Source of the DNA: Callorhinchus milii
Lineage: Eukaryota
NCBI RefSeq assembly: GCF_018977255.1
Contig: NW_024704743.1
Coordinates: 51,648,001 to 51,712,000, forward strand
Direction: 5' to 3'
DNA length: 64,000 nt
Shown: piece after piece, positions 12,691 through 24,942 of the stretch
How the letters are laid out: each line of letters begins with the position of its first letter
Numbering within the stretch: position 1 is the first letter of the stretch
The notes under the pieces: model-generated
The model's database searches: none
The model's input: the letters and a program-made list of their open reading frames with translations, nothing else
What the model was told of the DNA's origin: nothing
Made by a program: the position numbers and the translations under genes

Positions 12691-13619
12691 ATATGGACAT
12701 TGTATGTTTGTCTGTTCTGAAGTACACTCTCTCTGGAGGCAGGCACTCTGCCTACCTAATCCTTGTGAGTTAGTTTTAACTCTTTAAACATTCACCCTAA
12801 TATAATATATGAAATTTGCTATCACTTATAATGTCTGTTGTGTGCCATAATTTGTTATGCTAAGGCTTGCTTAGTTAAACTGTATTCACTGCTCTGAGAC
12901 ACTTTCTTGCGTGAAAGGCACAAGAGTGCAAGTTATTATTGTATTGGAAAGACTTCAATGTGAAGCCAATAGTACAGATACCTGTATTTGCAATGTTTTA
13001 CCTAAATTTCCTTAGGAACCATCAAATTTGCTCAGCTTAAAAAAGTAAATCAAAATCTTAAAAAGTCACCTCCAATCCTCACACGTTGCTACGTACATTT
13101 TTAACTAATGACAGCAAACTGACCTCCATCTAACCTACTTAATTGTTACTAATTGCAAGCGCACATGGAAATCTTAGTAACATCCTCCCTGGAGCCTAAT
13201 GTACTGTAATTGGTTTCAGTTAAATAATGCACGTCACCTTCTCCATGGATAATTCAGCTCAACTCTCTTCAATTTAAAATTCACAGGGAAGGGGGGAAGG
13301 AAGGGAATCTATCCTTCCTGGACAATTGAATGGTTTAATCTATAACTGTTCAGCTTGTTCTTTACTTATCTGCAAATTATTCATTGTTGAACCATTTGCA
13401 TTAAGTGCATCCTACTAAACACACACAAATATCGAATCCAAAGTGGGCATCAGTCACTCAATTAACCAACTCTGGTGAGACATCCACTTCTACCAATCCT
13501 TCCATTTTCCTTCCCTCCATCTTTGATACCAATGTTGTAATCACTTTCTCATTCCTATATGTATGATAAAATAGCTGACACCAAAATGCTATCTTTAATT
13601 TCAACAACAATAGTTGTAG

Positions 13620-14170
13620 CACATTTCCCAATACATTACTATTTTTAGGATGATATGTTAAATTAAGGTCCTGTCCATCTAACCATGTGGACACTAAAGA
13701 TCCCATGACACTGTTAGAAAAGGAAATAAAAATTCTCCCAATATTCTGGTCAACAATCCTCCAGATAAAATTTGTCATTAATTTCACAAGATTACAAGAG
13801 AGGTTTGAATGAAGAAGCTTGTTTGACCCTTTTTGATCTCAAATCTCACCTCTCTGGGCAAAGAAATACTCTGTATTGTCCTAAAATTGCCCTTCACAAC
13901 CTAAACCTTTGTTCTCTTGCTCTGCTGTCTTGGTCTACCCAAAGTATTGCTCTGGGTTTACTTTCTCAATTCCATCTAAAATCTTATCAAACCTTTTATT
14001 AATCCTCTCTTTTCAAGAGTGAAAAGTACTAACTTCTCTAATCATTGTTCATAGTTAATAGTTAATTTCTCCAACACTGAGGATCATCCTTTCATGAAGA
14101 ATAGCAACACTGGGATGGACTGGTTGGACCGAGTGGCCTGTTTCCATGCTGTATAGTCTTTGAAATCCTA
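13620..14170. mobile_element. Cluster: Deu-SINE fragment (+, 13620-13785), CR1 3' fragment (-, 13785-14090), CR1 tail (+, 14110-14170)
   Basis: taaagatcccatgacact..caacaatcctcc; cacaagattacaagagaggtttgaatgaagaag; ggaccgagtggcctgtttccatgctgta. Confidence 0.6.
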
Positions 14171-14414
14171 CGCTATCATTAGAGCCAGGGCAGCTCTTTC
14201 ATGTCTCAGCAATCAAAAGTGAGATCAATATCAAAACCCTTTGTTACATGGCTAGGAACAGATATAGAAAATAGAGCTGTGATAATGATCCATATCAAAT
14301 ACAAAGTATTATGCATGAAACTGTACTTAGCTATTCTCGTTCATTTCCCTGCTTTTTGAGAAAAGACATGAAATGAAATATGAACTTAAATTAAAATCCT
14401 GATAATCAAACAAC

Positions 14415-14590
14415 CAAAACAACTTGCATTTATATAGCTCTCCTCAAGGGAGTAGCATCCCACGACAGTGAACCGGGGTGAGGTGACCGTAGGCAAGAAG
14501 AGGAAGATCTTCCGGTGCGACCTGAAGATGAGGAAAGAAGGGGCAAGGCCAAGGCATAGAGAAGAGTGTTCCAGAGTTTCAGGGCAAAGA
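14415..14590 (-). mobile_element. Old L2 3' end
   Basis: aacaacttgcatttatatagc..gttccagagtttcagggc. Confidence 0.65.
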
Positions 14591-15059
14591 TGTTATATTT
14601 AAGAAAACTTTTGATCTTTGCTGTTTAACATCTCATTATTTGATTTTAAAAAACAAAGGTGGAGCTATAAAATTCAAAAAAGGCTGTGAGTTTATTGATG
14701 TTTGGTAAAGGTATAGTTCAGAATTTGTTATTTAATTTACCACCAAGTGAACTGATTTTGTTCATTGTGCACTTGAAGGAGAACATTTTCCACTGCAGTT
14801 GCTTTCTGTGCCAGAGTGAATTCTTCAGTTAATTAAAACACTTGCCAACATTTTAAGCATCATTATTTAGTACAAAACCTGCTTGATCATTTATGTTGCT
14901 ATGAAATTCCAGCAGATGCTACTGCATTCTTGTCTTGTTTTTCACAAGACCTCGCTATACCAAAACCAACTTCATACTGCAAAACCTTATTTCTGTAAAT
15001 TTTGTCAGAGTAATTTGATGAAGATCAAATAAAGTCTTTCATTTATTATCTTATTTGAC

Positions 15060-16055
15060 TCCCAACCGGCTTTCAATCACCACATTTGGGCTATTACCAG
15101 TCATCTTTCCTTCACCTTTGAAATACTGCTTGTCTCCACCTCTGTGACTCCCTTTGAGCCACTGAGACCCTCATCCTTGCTGTTATCACATCAAGTTTGA
15201 TTACATCAACATTCAACTCGCCAGACTCCCCAGTTCTTCTCTACAGTAACACACGTGGAATGAGTCCCGTAACATAGTGATTAGTAAGCTCGCCTCGCAA
15301 GCGAGAGGACCAGGGTTCAATTCCCGAGTGGGGCAAAACTTTAGGCAAGTTTCGTTACTCCACGCCCCTCTGTTTACCTAACAGGAAGTAGGAACCTGCT
15401 TGTTAGTCAATTGGCGGATCGCTTTCCGCGGGTAATAATCCCATCAAAAAAAAATAATAATAATAAGTTGGTCGTTCAATCCACAACTATTTGTGGGACA
15501 CTGCTGTGCACAATTGGCTGCCAATTTCGCTCACAAAATCACTACACTGTACAGTATATTCTGTGAAGAGCTTTGACATGTCTCAATGATGTGATAAGAT
15601 ACTATATCAAATGTAAGGATTATTATTATTATCATTGCAAAAACTGTAGACTATCCAGAATTCTACAGGCTGTGAACTCACCCGTAGCAAGCTGCTGAGA
15701 GCCAATCATCCCTATCCGGCTCCACTAGTAACACATCCCCCATGAATCAGCTTCAAAACCCTTGTTTTTGCATTCAAATACCCTTTGCGACCTTCTCCAA
15801 CCACAATAACCTAGCAGCCTCTTTCACTTAGCGAATGCTGGTCTGCTTCATGTCTCTCACCCTATCTGCCCCACAAATTGAGTCCCTCCAACTCTTTCTT
15901 TCAAGGTACGTCTCAAAATGATCTCTTTCAGTCACCTTTTACATCTCTCCCCTCAGCTTCCACCCCCAGCTCGAGCGCCCATCCAGCACTGTGAAGCACC
16001 TTGAGTTGTCCTCCTGACATGAAAGGTACTATATAAATGTAAATTGTATTGTACT
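15060..16055 (+). mobile_element. Old L2 ORF2 3' fragment interrupted by a SINE
   Basis: tttgactccc..tcacatcaagtttgattacatcaac resumes after 15635 with tccagaattctacag..tcagcttcaaaaccctt..gaaaggtactatataaatg. Confidence 0.65.
15262..15635 (+). mobile_element. Young tRNA-derived Deu-SINE, long variant
   Basis: gagtcccgtaacatagtgattagtaagctcgcctcgcaagcgagaggaccagggttcaattccc head, extra internal segment, Deu core and (att)n tail. Confidence 0.9.
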
Positions 16056-16282
16056 TATTATACAACTGCTAGAAATTATTCATCAAGCAATTTACATCAG
16101 CAAATTAGTGAACATTACCATGATTATATTCCTCCCTTCTATAAAGGTGATAATGAGAGAATGTAAAGAGAAACAATAATGTTTCATTTATTTGTTTCAA
16201 CAGACGTGGATTTGGGCAGTGACAAAACTACATGAGGAACTAGTCAGCATCATCAAAGGTGCAAAAGTGATGTGGTTTGGTG

Positions 16283-16495
16283 TAATAATATAATTGCTGC
16301 ATTTGATATCATGTTATTGAAACAGCTCAAAGCATTTCACAGGATTTTATTGTGAAGTGATTATGCATTTGTTGGCAAATACAGCAGCCAATTTGTGCAC
16401 AGCAATGCCCCACAAACAGCCTTAAAGTGAAGGAACAATTTTATTTGGGGGATTGTGTGCCAGGACACAGAGACATTCCTTTCTCTTTTTAAGTA
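16283..16495 (-). mobile_element. Deu-SINE 3' half
   Basis: gcagccaatttgtgcacagcaatgccccacaaacagc (reverse complement of Deu core). Confidence 0.8.
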
Positions 16496-16777
16496 ACTAT
16501 GGAGTAAGCTTGCACAGCTACCGCCAAGTTTCAGTCCATCCACATTCTTGCATGGAAATTTACTGTCAATGGCTGGCTAAGGCCATCCAATGGAATATTA
16601 GATGTAATAATGCCAATTAAACAGCTTAATAACCAGAAGTGACCCACTTAACCTTCAATAATGAGTCTGACTTTGTTCCTGCTGGTATTAAATCTGGAAA
16701 AAGGGCATGCACTGCCACACATAACCACACAACAGGGAATGGGAGCTTCAAACTTTGTTGAGTAAAACATTAAAAGA

Positions 16778-17165
16778 AAATAAATTACAGGATTCAAAGC
16801 AACTAATCTATAACTATTTAAATGGCTGTGTTAAAACAGCCAACTCCAAATGAAGTTTGGACCCTATCCAAAAAGAGAGTTTCTCTCTCTGTGCTGACCG
16901 ACAATCCTCCAAAATAAATTGGTCATTCACCTCCCAGCTGTTTGTGGACAATGTTGTGTGCAAATGAACTGCTGTGTTTGCCTACAATCTCTACATTTCA
17001 CAGTAAATCTTGCAAAGTACTTTATTGATGAGAAATGTTGGTGTTATATCTGTTATAGCATTGCAAGGATTGCTTTATTATAACAATATTATTAACTTTA
17101 AAAATACCCTACATTTAAAAATACATTTAAAATAGATTAGTTGCCTTGAATCCTGTAATTTATTT
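16778..17165. repeat. 34-bp inverted repeat (16778-16811 / 17132-17165) enclosing a Deu-SINE fragment (+, about 16870-17085)
   Basis: aaataaattacaggattcaaagcaactaatctat versus atagattagttgccttgaatcctgtaatttattt: 33/34 complementary. Confidence 0.9.
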
Positions 17166-17909
17166 AAAAATCCATTTAAAACGGTATAGAAATAACAATG
17201 TAAAAATTGGGGAAATTTTGCCATTGTAAAAAAGAATTATTCTGAAGTTCGTCTCAATACATGAGAAAAAAGAGGGTAAATTTACAATATTTCATAATAG
17301 ATTTATGATGTCACATTTCTCAATGCATTTTCACACCAAAAAAATAAAAGTATGTGGATTTTTACCGTATCCATTACAGTTATTTGTTAATTAGAACCAT
17401 AGAAATTTATAACACTGAAGAAGGCCATTTGGTCCTTGTGTCTCTCCTGACTCTTTTAAGAGCAATCCTCTTTTAGAGCAATTGCAGAATCAAAGAGGAC
17501 AGTGTGTTACTCCAACATGGATTTGTTGAAGTATGTTTTACTAAAATCAAATGAAAGTTTTTTTTCTAAAAAAGAATTGAATTCAATATATTCCATGGCC
17601 TCTCACCATCCTATCTCTGCAACATTTTGCAACCCAGCTGGCCTCATGGTCCGAGGTACCTTCTTCATCCAAACCAATCTTGTGATTTTATATGAGAATG
17701 TTTGTCAAAGTACCAAGAAAACAGGAAGAAACACTCTGCCTCAGAGTGTAGGAGATTTGCCCTCAAGCTTCCCTCTACTTCTTCCACATTCAACAACTTG
17801 AGACAGCAGGAAATGGAGGATTTAGCCTTCAGTTGTTCAAAATAGTTATGCTTCTGTGAAATTGTTATATATACACACAAGTTCATTGGGCAGTATTAAT
17901 AATAATAAC

Positions 17910-18005
17910 AAAAACAGAAATCACTGGGAACACTCAGCAGGTCAGGCTTCATCTATGAAGAAAGGAAACTGAGTCAACATTTCAGGTATTTTTCTCCTTC
18001 AAGTG
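17910..18005 (-). mobile_element. Penelope-like terminal-repeat remnant
   Basis: aaaacagaaatcactgggaacactcagcaggtcaggc..atct..gagtcaacatttcaggt; related copy at 49748-49845. Confidence 0.55.
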
Positions 18006-18394
18006 GAAGCAGAATGACAACCATTAGAAAATGGAGGAGGTCCACTTCGCAAGGGCCTTAATTTTATAATTTTATTTCTGGAGTTTTTTCTGGTACAAGT
18101 GTGACTTTGGTATCTAATGTGCAGTATTTACAAACCAAATGTGTTGTGTTACGTTGAGATTTTTGGTCTGAGAAATGTTGTGGAATCTTTGGCTAGCGAA
18201 TCACAAATTCCAACTCATCAAGTCTAAAAAAGGCCAACAAGCAAAACAGCCTTCTCTTTCCTATCAGGGTTTTGAATACCAGCCTTTTTGGAATTTGCTG
18301 GCTTGGAATTCATAATTTGGGAACTGCGCATTTTGTAAATGGGAGTTGCAATAATCCAAACAATCCAATTTCCGAATATCAACTCTCAACTCCT

Positions 18395-18690
18395 TATGTT
18401 TGATGTAGCACTTTATCAAGTCATCAAAATGTCTTAAAGTACTTCACAGGATTTTTACTGTGGAGTGCAGTGATGGAGTATTTTGTAGGTGAAAGCCGCA
18501 GCCAATTTTTGCTCAGCAACATCCCATAAACAGCCATGAAGTAAATAACCAATTTTATCTGAGGGATTGATGCCCAGGGTACAGGGAGAAACTCCCTTCT
18601 CTTTTTTAGTAGTGCCATGAAATCTTTAGCGTTCACCTGAAGAGGCAGACGAGGCCTTGATTTAGCGTCTCATCGAAAGGACCATTCCTT
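18395..18690 (-). mobile_element. Deu-SINE
   Basis: gcagccaatttttgctcagcaacatcccataaacagccatg..agtgccatgaaatcttt. Confidence 0.8.
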
Positions 18691-18798
18691 GTTGTATAAA
18701 ATTACATTTAGAAGGCAGGCCTTCTGTCTTGTGATTCACAAAAACGTAGGAAGAAAGAGAATTGTGTTGGGCATGTATGTCATTTTTGATAAAGTCAC

Positions 18799-18936
18799 CT
18801 TCTGCTATTCTTGTATGAGAAACAATTTTGTGTAAGGCATTGATTTTCAAATCCCCAAATTCCGATGTGATTTTGTCATATTCTTCTATGTCAATGTCTA
18901 TAAATTCAGCAGTTTCAATATGTAGCATGGTATATA
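18799..18936 (-). pseudogene. Candidate 138-nt phase 1-1 exon YTMLHIETAEFIDIDIEEYDKITSEFGDLKINALHKIVSHTRIAE, resembling CNBD beta7-beta8-hinge helix
   Basis: Lies inside the long non-repeat ORF 18662-19117; acceptor cataactcttcAG, donor AAG/GTGACT; protein-like composition. Confidence 0.45.
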
Positions 18937-19172
18937 CTGAAGAGTTATGACTGAGGATTAATAGAATAGCATATGATCTATAAAGCAGCACTTGAAATGT
19001 GCCTCTTAGTGCACATAAACAAAATGGAAAATATGAACTTACAGTATTCGTTTGGATCATTTCCAAAATAATCATAGGCCTGGCTATAAGTAGTGTGAAA
19101 GATTTACATGCAGACAACCCATTCTGGATTTCTGAACATTTTTATTCACTAATAAATATGAAGTACATATAG

Positions 19173-19445
19173 TAATAATAATAATAATAATGATTGCATT
19201 TGGTGTAGCGCCGTTCATGACAGGAGAATGCCCAAAAGTGCTTCACAGGATATACCGTGAATTTATGGGCAAATGCAGCAGCCAGTTTAATCACAGCAAT
19301 GTCCCACAAAGAGCCATGAAGGAAAATGACCAAATTTGATTTGAAAGATTGTTGACCAGTACGCCAGGAAAACCTCCCTTTTTTCAAATAGCGCCATGCG
19401 ATCCTTTCACGTCAGGAGGACGTCCCAAAGTGCTTTATATTAAAA
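19173..19445 (-). mobile_element. Deu-SINE 3' half plus short L2-tail fragment
   Basis: (aat)n gattgcatttgg..cacagcaatgtcccacaaagagccatg; tttcacgtcaggaggacgtcccaaag. Confidence 0.8.
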
Positions 19446-22216
19446 TGGATGAATTACCAATTGTTGGAGAAAATAGCTGCAATAGTACCTTAGTTGGTAA
19501 GTTTTCACTGCCAATTGAATGCAAAATCCCATCTATATTGCAGTTTCTTATTCAAGGAAACTGCCACGAAACCAGTGCCTCCTATAATAACTAAGTACTT
19601 TAATGACCGAACAACCTTGTAAAACTGAATCATTACTAGGTTTATGAAATTTTGATTTCAGATGAATCACAACTAAACGTTCACACCTGCTGTGTAATCC
19701 TACCATCAGCCAATATTTTATTCCACCACCAAATCTCACTGTACCAGTACTTTCATTCACACCCAAGACAACATTTCAACAGGTTATAGGCGCCAAGTAT
19801 ACTTTGTCCCACAATTACGTATTCTGTCAAAATGCTCAGGGGATTAACCGTCCCTGAGGTTCACTGCTGTGCATTAAGTTGTTGTAACCACTATCTTATT
19901 GTTGTGCATTGTATGTTACAGGGATTTTGTACAGCAGAACCCTTTCATAGCGAGAACCTGTTTTGCCACCAATTGTTTCCATCAGTACATTCAATAAATC
20001 ATGAGGCAACTGCTTGAGCATTTTGACAGTTTGATGAGATGGGAAATCATTTAGTTACAGTAAACAGCTCCACCTGAGACTGGAGTATTTTCAGCAATGA
20101 CTCAGAGTAAGAGGGAATACTCTGAGTAACGATAAGTTTAGGATACTTTAAAAAGGGTGATGGACATAATGGAAATTCCATTAACCATGCAGATATATGC
20201 ACTAAACATACTGGCTATAGAGCAACACCCTCATCAAATGTCCATAGATTGAGGTCATGATTGAGGGTGCCTTAACCCTGAGCTCAGCGAATGAAGCCAC
20301 ATGAGCAGATTGAATTAAGCCATCATGTTTTACCGACTTTCCAAAGGAAAAAAACACATGCTCCATGTATGTGTCCACCGATTTCTAGTTTCTTCATTTC
20401 AAACGACCTGCATGCAGCAGACTGGACAGATAATGGGACTGGCCTGGGATGGAGCTAGTTATTGTAATGAAATAACAATACAGCAATAATACATTAAAAA
20501 AAGTTGCATTTATACAATGCTTTGATGTAAAATAAAAGATCCCGAAGCTCTTTGAAAAATAAAACTGATTGGACACGTACTGAATATTATATGTGAATGT
20601 TATTTACGATATATTCAAATGAAGGCAATGCTGCACAAACAAACCTCTGAATTATCAACCATGACATTTATCCTAGTGGTAGGTTATTATGAATCCATCT
20701 AACATCCACCACATACACTTATAGATGGAGTTTGGATTTTGGCAGATTTGACTTCCAATTACCAAGATAAATGGGTATAAAGAATGTAACTCAAAGAAAG
20801 TGCTGCATTTCTTCTTCATTTTGTGAACCTGAAATGAAACTGACTTCATGTTTTGTTAGAAAGAATTGTGATCCTGAAATTGACTGTTTCCTGTTACCGA
20901 AGTCAAATAAAGCTTTTTATAAAGTTAAATAAAAAAGATGTAGCCAGTTCACAGACACTGTGACTCGAGGCTTCCGTGTTCATTATTTATGAATCATATT
21001 CAAATTCTTCTCCCAGGCTAAACAACAAAAGGTTAGCATTCAAATGCTCACTATTAGCAGAGATTCATTTATGTTACTTGTGAATCTCTATAAATAGTGT
21101 TTTACGTATATAAACAACAACATCTATGGAATAAGAATACTTGCCAGGAATGGAATAATGCATAATCGTAATTCTTGCATTTGTTATGACGAGTTATTGT
21201 ATTGAAACAACTCACAGCATTACTTTAAAGCTCAGTGAATGTTATTAGGCAGGCAAAGTGTATGTAAATTATGTAGTAATGCCTTTTTCATAGAAAACAT
21301 TGCATCAACCCATAGTACAATCAAGTGCTCCATTAATTTGTTATTATTCTATTGAATAATTGGGATATTTTGCCAAATATTTTTCATTTCTTAGAACTGC
21401 TGAGTTTAGACTTTAGCACAAAATGACATGAAAGGCTGTTGTTATAGTTCTTCTGAAGCACTTTGTGAGCTCGCTTATTAGCCAGCTTTATTTGGTCACA
21501 GTGTCCACTGTCTAAGAAACATTCTTTGTGATCCTGAACATCAAATATCATTTTTTGGGAAATGTAAAACTCTACAACAATTTCAAACAACAAGTGAAAG
21601 TGACCACATCGGACAGCTATGTGGTCTGTTCAGAGCACTAGCTTTAGGTATGTTTGTGTGTGTGGATGCTCATTGAAGACACGATCGAGTTCAGCTATGG
21701 AGTTCTCAGATGTCAAACATCCTGTTGTCAAACTCACTGTCACTGAGGAAGAATTGGCATTTAGGGTTAAGTGCTGGAGAGCCCATGAACTTGCACCTCA
21801 GCACAAGTCAGCGCTTGGAGGACAGGATGAGGCCGGGAAACAAAAAGAAAGAGGTTTTATTATTCTTAGTTTCTTATCCATAATATATCATTATTCATCA
21901 CAGCCCAAAGACTGGCACCTTGGTATGATTTTTTTTAAAAAAAGTGTGGATTAAAGTGTTTTTACAATCATGAATTATTGCAAATAACTCTTTATTTCCT
22001 GTCTTTGACTCAAAAGCACTTTTACAGTGTACATTGCTGCAATGGGGGAAGGGGAGGTTAGAAGACCTAGTTACAGCACTATCCTCATTATACTGCATCT
22101 CCAAATACTGATCACCCCATGACTGGGAGGATAATGAGGACACGCCACACTACAATCAACTGCTCTGCTGTAACGGTGATACCTCTGCAGAAACAATGCT
22201 GGAGAAGATCACATAC

Positions 22217-22327
22217 AACACACAGTAACAAGTAACCTAATGCAAAATGACTTAAAGCTGTGCACTTCTGAAAAACCTGCAGCGAATCTCCTGTAGCTGT
22301 AGAGGCTGCTGCAATCTTTTCTGTAAA
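22217..22327 (-). pseudogene. Candidate 111-nt exon; phase-1 frame YRKDCSSLYSYRRFAAGFSEVHSFKSFCIRLLVTVC
   Basis: Acceptor cttttgtgctgtatttcttcaaaacAG, donor GTATGT, length divisible by 3, two frames open. Confidence 0.3.
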
Positions 22328-24639
22328 CTGTTTTGAAGAAATACAGCACAAAAGGCAAAGAATCACAATGCTTTCTGGCAGCTCCGCACTAACTTTAACA
22401 TCAATCTTTTACAAAAACTACCAGCGAGCTAATTGGGAATATATCATTGTGTTCCTCTGGGCTTCTAAAACACAACCCTAGCCTTCTTGTAATCTTTCCA
22501 AGTACCAGGTAGATTTAGGATGTGATATGGGTGGATAATGAATGAAAGGTGCAGGCAAAATGAAAATAAAAAGGCAAAGCTGCGAAAAAAAATCAGATTA
22601 AAGGTAGATGTACTGCAAAATAAAAAGTGGGAGGCCGAGTTATGAAAATGGTGTAAAATAGGAAAGCAGGAATTTGAAAAACTAACTCAAAGTTCAGGGT
22701 TAGTTAAATGCCAATGCATAATTTGGTTAACAACTGGGCCATTGGCATCAAGGCAAAAACTCAGTAAGAAAACAGTTCCTTTTTTTTTACATACATGTTA
22801 AATTCAGGCTGGTAGCAGCTGGCTGAGCTGAAGTGTTTTTAAATTAAAAGTGTGACATGACAACCAAAATCAAAGCACATTAAATAGGAATGAACAGGAA
22901 ATAGTTTGGTATTTTGGAATTTTGAAAATTATTATATAAAACTATTTGATAATAACCAGATTCTTCCGTACTATATTTGAGCCAAAACCATTAGTCAAAT
23001 TGCATATTGGCTGCAATCCGAAAGTAGATTCTGTATCTCAAACGTACATTTGTTCTATATTGCATCTTGACAAAGGAGTAAAATGTGTTAACTCTATGAA
23101 TACTTCAAACATTTACAGAAATGTACAGTCTTCAAAGTTACTAATTCCTGGAAATTTAGGAGTCTCAATTACAACCTTCTTATTGAGATGACGGATTATG
23201 AAATCTTTTCAAAAAAAGACTTTTTGTTACTCAGAACACTCATTAACCAAGGTATTTTTTTCCAGGCTTTGTTGAAGTCAACAACAATCGTGAGCAAAAC
23301 ATGGGGGAAAAAAAAGTTGAGCTATTCATCATTTAGTTGTTTTAATGAAAAGTGCACGGTCGCAGTTTAAAATAAACCCATTAGTGCATTTGAATCCAAG
23401 TGTGCGATGCCAGCATGACACTCACAGTGCACACAGGAAATGGATTTTAAAGAAGCTGTTCAAATATTTTAAGAGTGTTGATTTACTGTACCTGCAGCTC
23501 CACAGAATAAATATTGTCAATCTTTCTTCAAGATACAGTAAACTTGGTGTTGGATGAATTTAAACAGTCCGACTGCCACAACATCTGTGTTTTTAAGATT
23601 TTAATTCCACTGAAACATATGTCGAGCAGTTATTTTAATGCACGTAAACCCTTTAATCTGAAAGGACCAAATCATTTCTGGGCTGTCATCATTGAAGGCA
23701 GTTAATAATGTGACAATGTAAATGTCATGAGTATGTTTAGCATACCTTTAATAACATTTGCATGTGCTTTTAAATATTGAGCAATTTACAACACAAGAAG
23801 CTAGATGCTAAATTTTTAATAACAGAATGACAAGTAACAATAATGTAAACATGTATTTTACAGCTGGCAGGGCTTTATTTCTGTCAGTGGATTCATTAAT
23901 GGGTTCTTCTGAGATTTTTTAAAATGTTTTTGTGTTAGACAAAGCATAAATTTATAACTGTTCTCTTTAATTATTTACAACAATAATGTAGACAAGATTT
24001 AATGTGGTTTGTGAAGAAGAGTGGCAATTCTGTATGCACATGATTGGCTTGGAAGCAATAGATTTAAACTAGTGGACTGGATTTAATTGAACCATAGAAT
24101 CCTTTCCAGCGCTTGCCCTATTACTACAAACTTTTTTTCTAAGGAACTTTCACTCTCGGTGTACTCAACACAAGACTAGTTATTTCATTGTGTTTTAGTG
24201 CAGGAGCTTGAACTTCGAGAATTTAAGCAGGCAAACAGAAGAGCGTCTTTGTTAGTCTGCACAACTGAAAGTGTTTCACTGCAGGAAGGTTCATTATAGT
24301 GTCATATTCAGCACAAATTTCAATTCTAGATGGTTAGAATCCAACAACAACTTGCATTCATATAGCGTCCTTCTTGCTGGGTAACCTCTCACACATTATT
24401 AAAACAAACTTTTTTTTCTTTTTTAGGCACATATGAGTACATTATCCACAGTTGATTTTTGTTGCCAAAGGCATTACAGACTGTATTCTCTTAAATTAAG
24501 CAGTTAAATTGTTAGTCCAACATTTTAAAGTTCCTCAAAAAAATCCCACCAATTTTGCTCCTCTCCTAGTCTCTTGAATTTATTTGGCTTATTTTTCCCT
24601 ATTTCTACTGGGGTTCCATGTTCCCCAGGCACTGGGCAC

Positions 24640-24890
24640 CCTACTAGCAACTCAGCCAAGTGATCATTATGCTACACAAGCCTTCACTGTGAGTGTTGGC
24701 AGATTATTCATTGGCCAGGATCACAACAGAACTCAATCCTATTCATGCACAAAGTTCACACACGTACCTTCCATCAATGATCTCTGGATAGCAAGAAAAT
24801 TGGCTGATTTTCCTCTCCAGCCTGCTTTAACACCATAATTACTGCCTCGGCTGAGATCAACTAAATTAGTACCGTTGCATTGAAACCTGC
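24640..24890 (-). mobile_element. Ancient tRNA-SINE of a second family (AmnSINE2-like from memory)
   Basis: Shares ctgagatcaactaa / gctgattttcctctcc / acacacg..ttcca with 52860-53074 (-), 34476-34558 (+) and about 35490-35600 (+). Confidence 0.5.
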
Positions 24891-24942
24891 AATCACAGTT
24901 AATTTTAAAAATAATGATCCCAGCATTTGTTAATAATAATAA

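Noticed and set aside
16204..16258. Plus-strand strong acceptor followed by an open frame (TWIWAVTKLHEELVSIIK)
   Set aside because: No credible donor and no partner exons
19950..20090. Minus-strand LLKILQSQVELFTV..MISHLIK/TVKMLKQLPHDLLNVLMETI resembling a pre-CNBD helix
   Set aside because: It needs two frameshifts, lacks splice sites and duplicates the role given to 22217-22327. It shows how easily this helix pattern is over-read.
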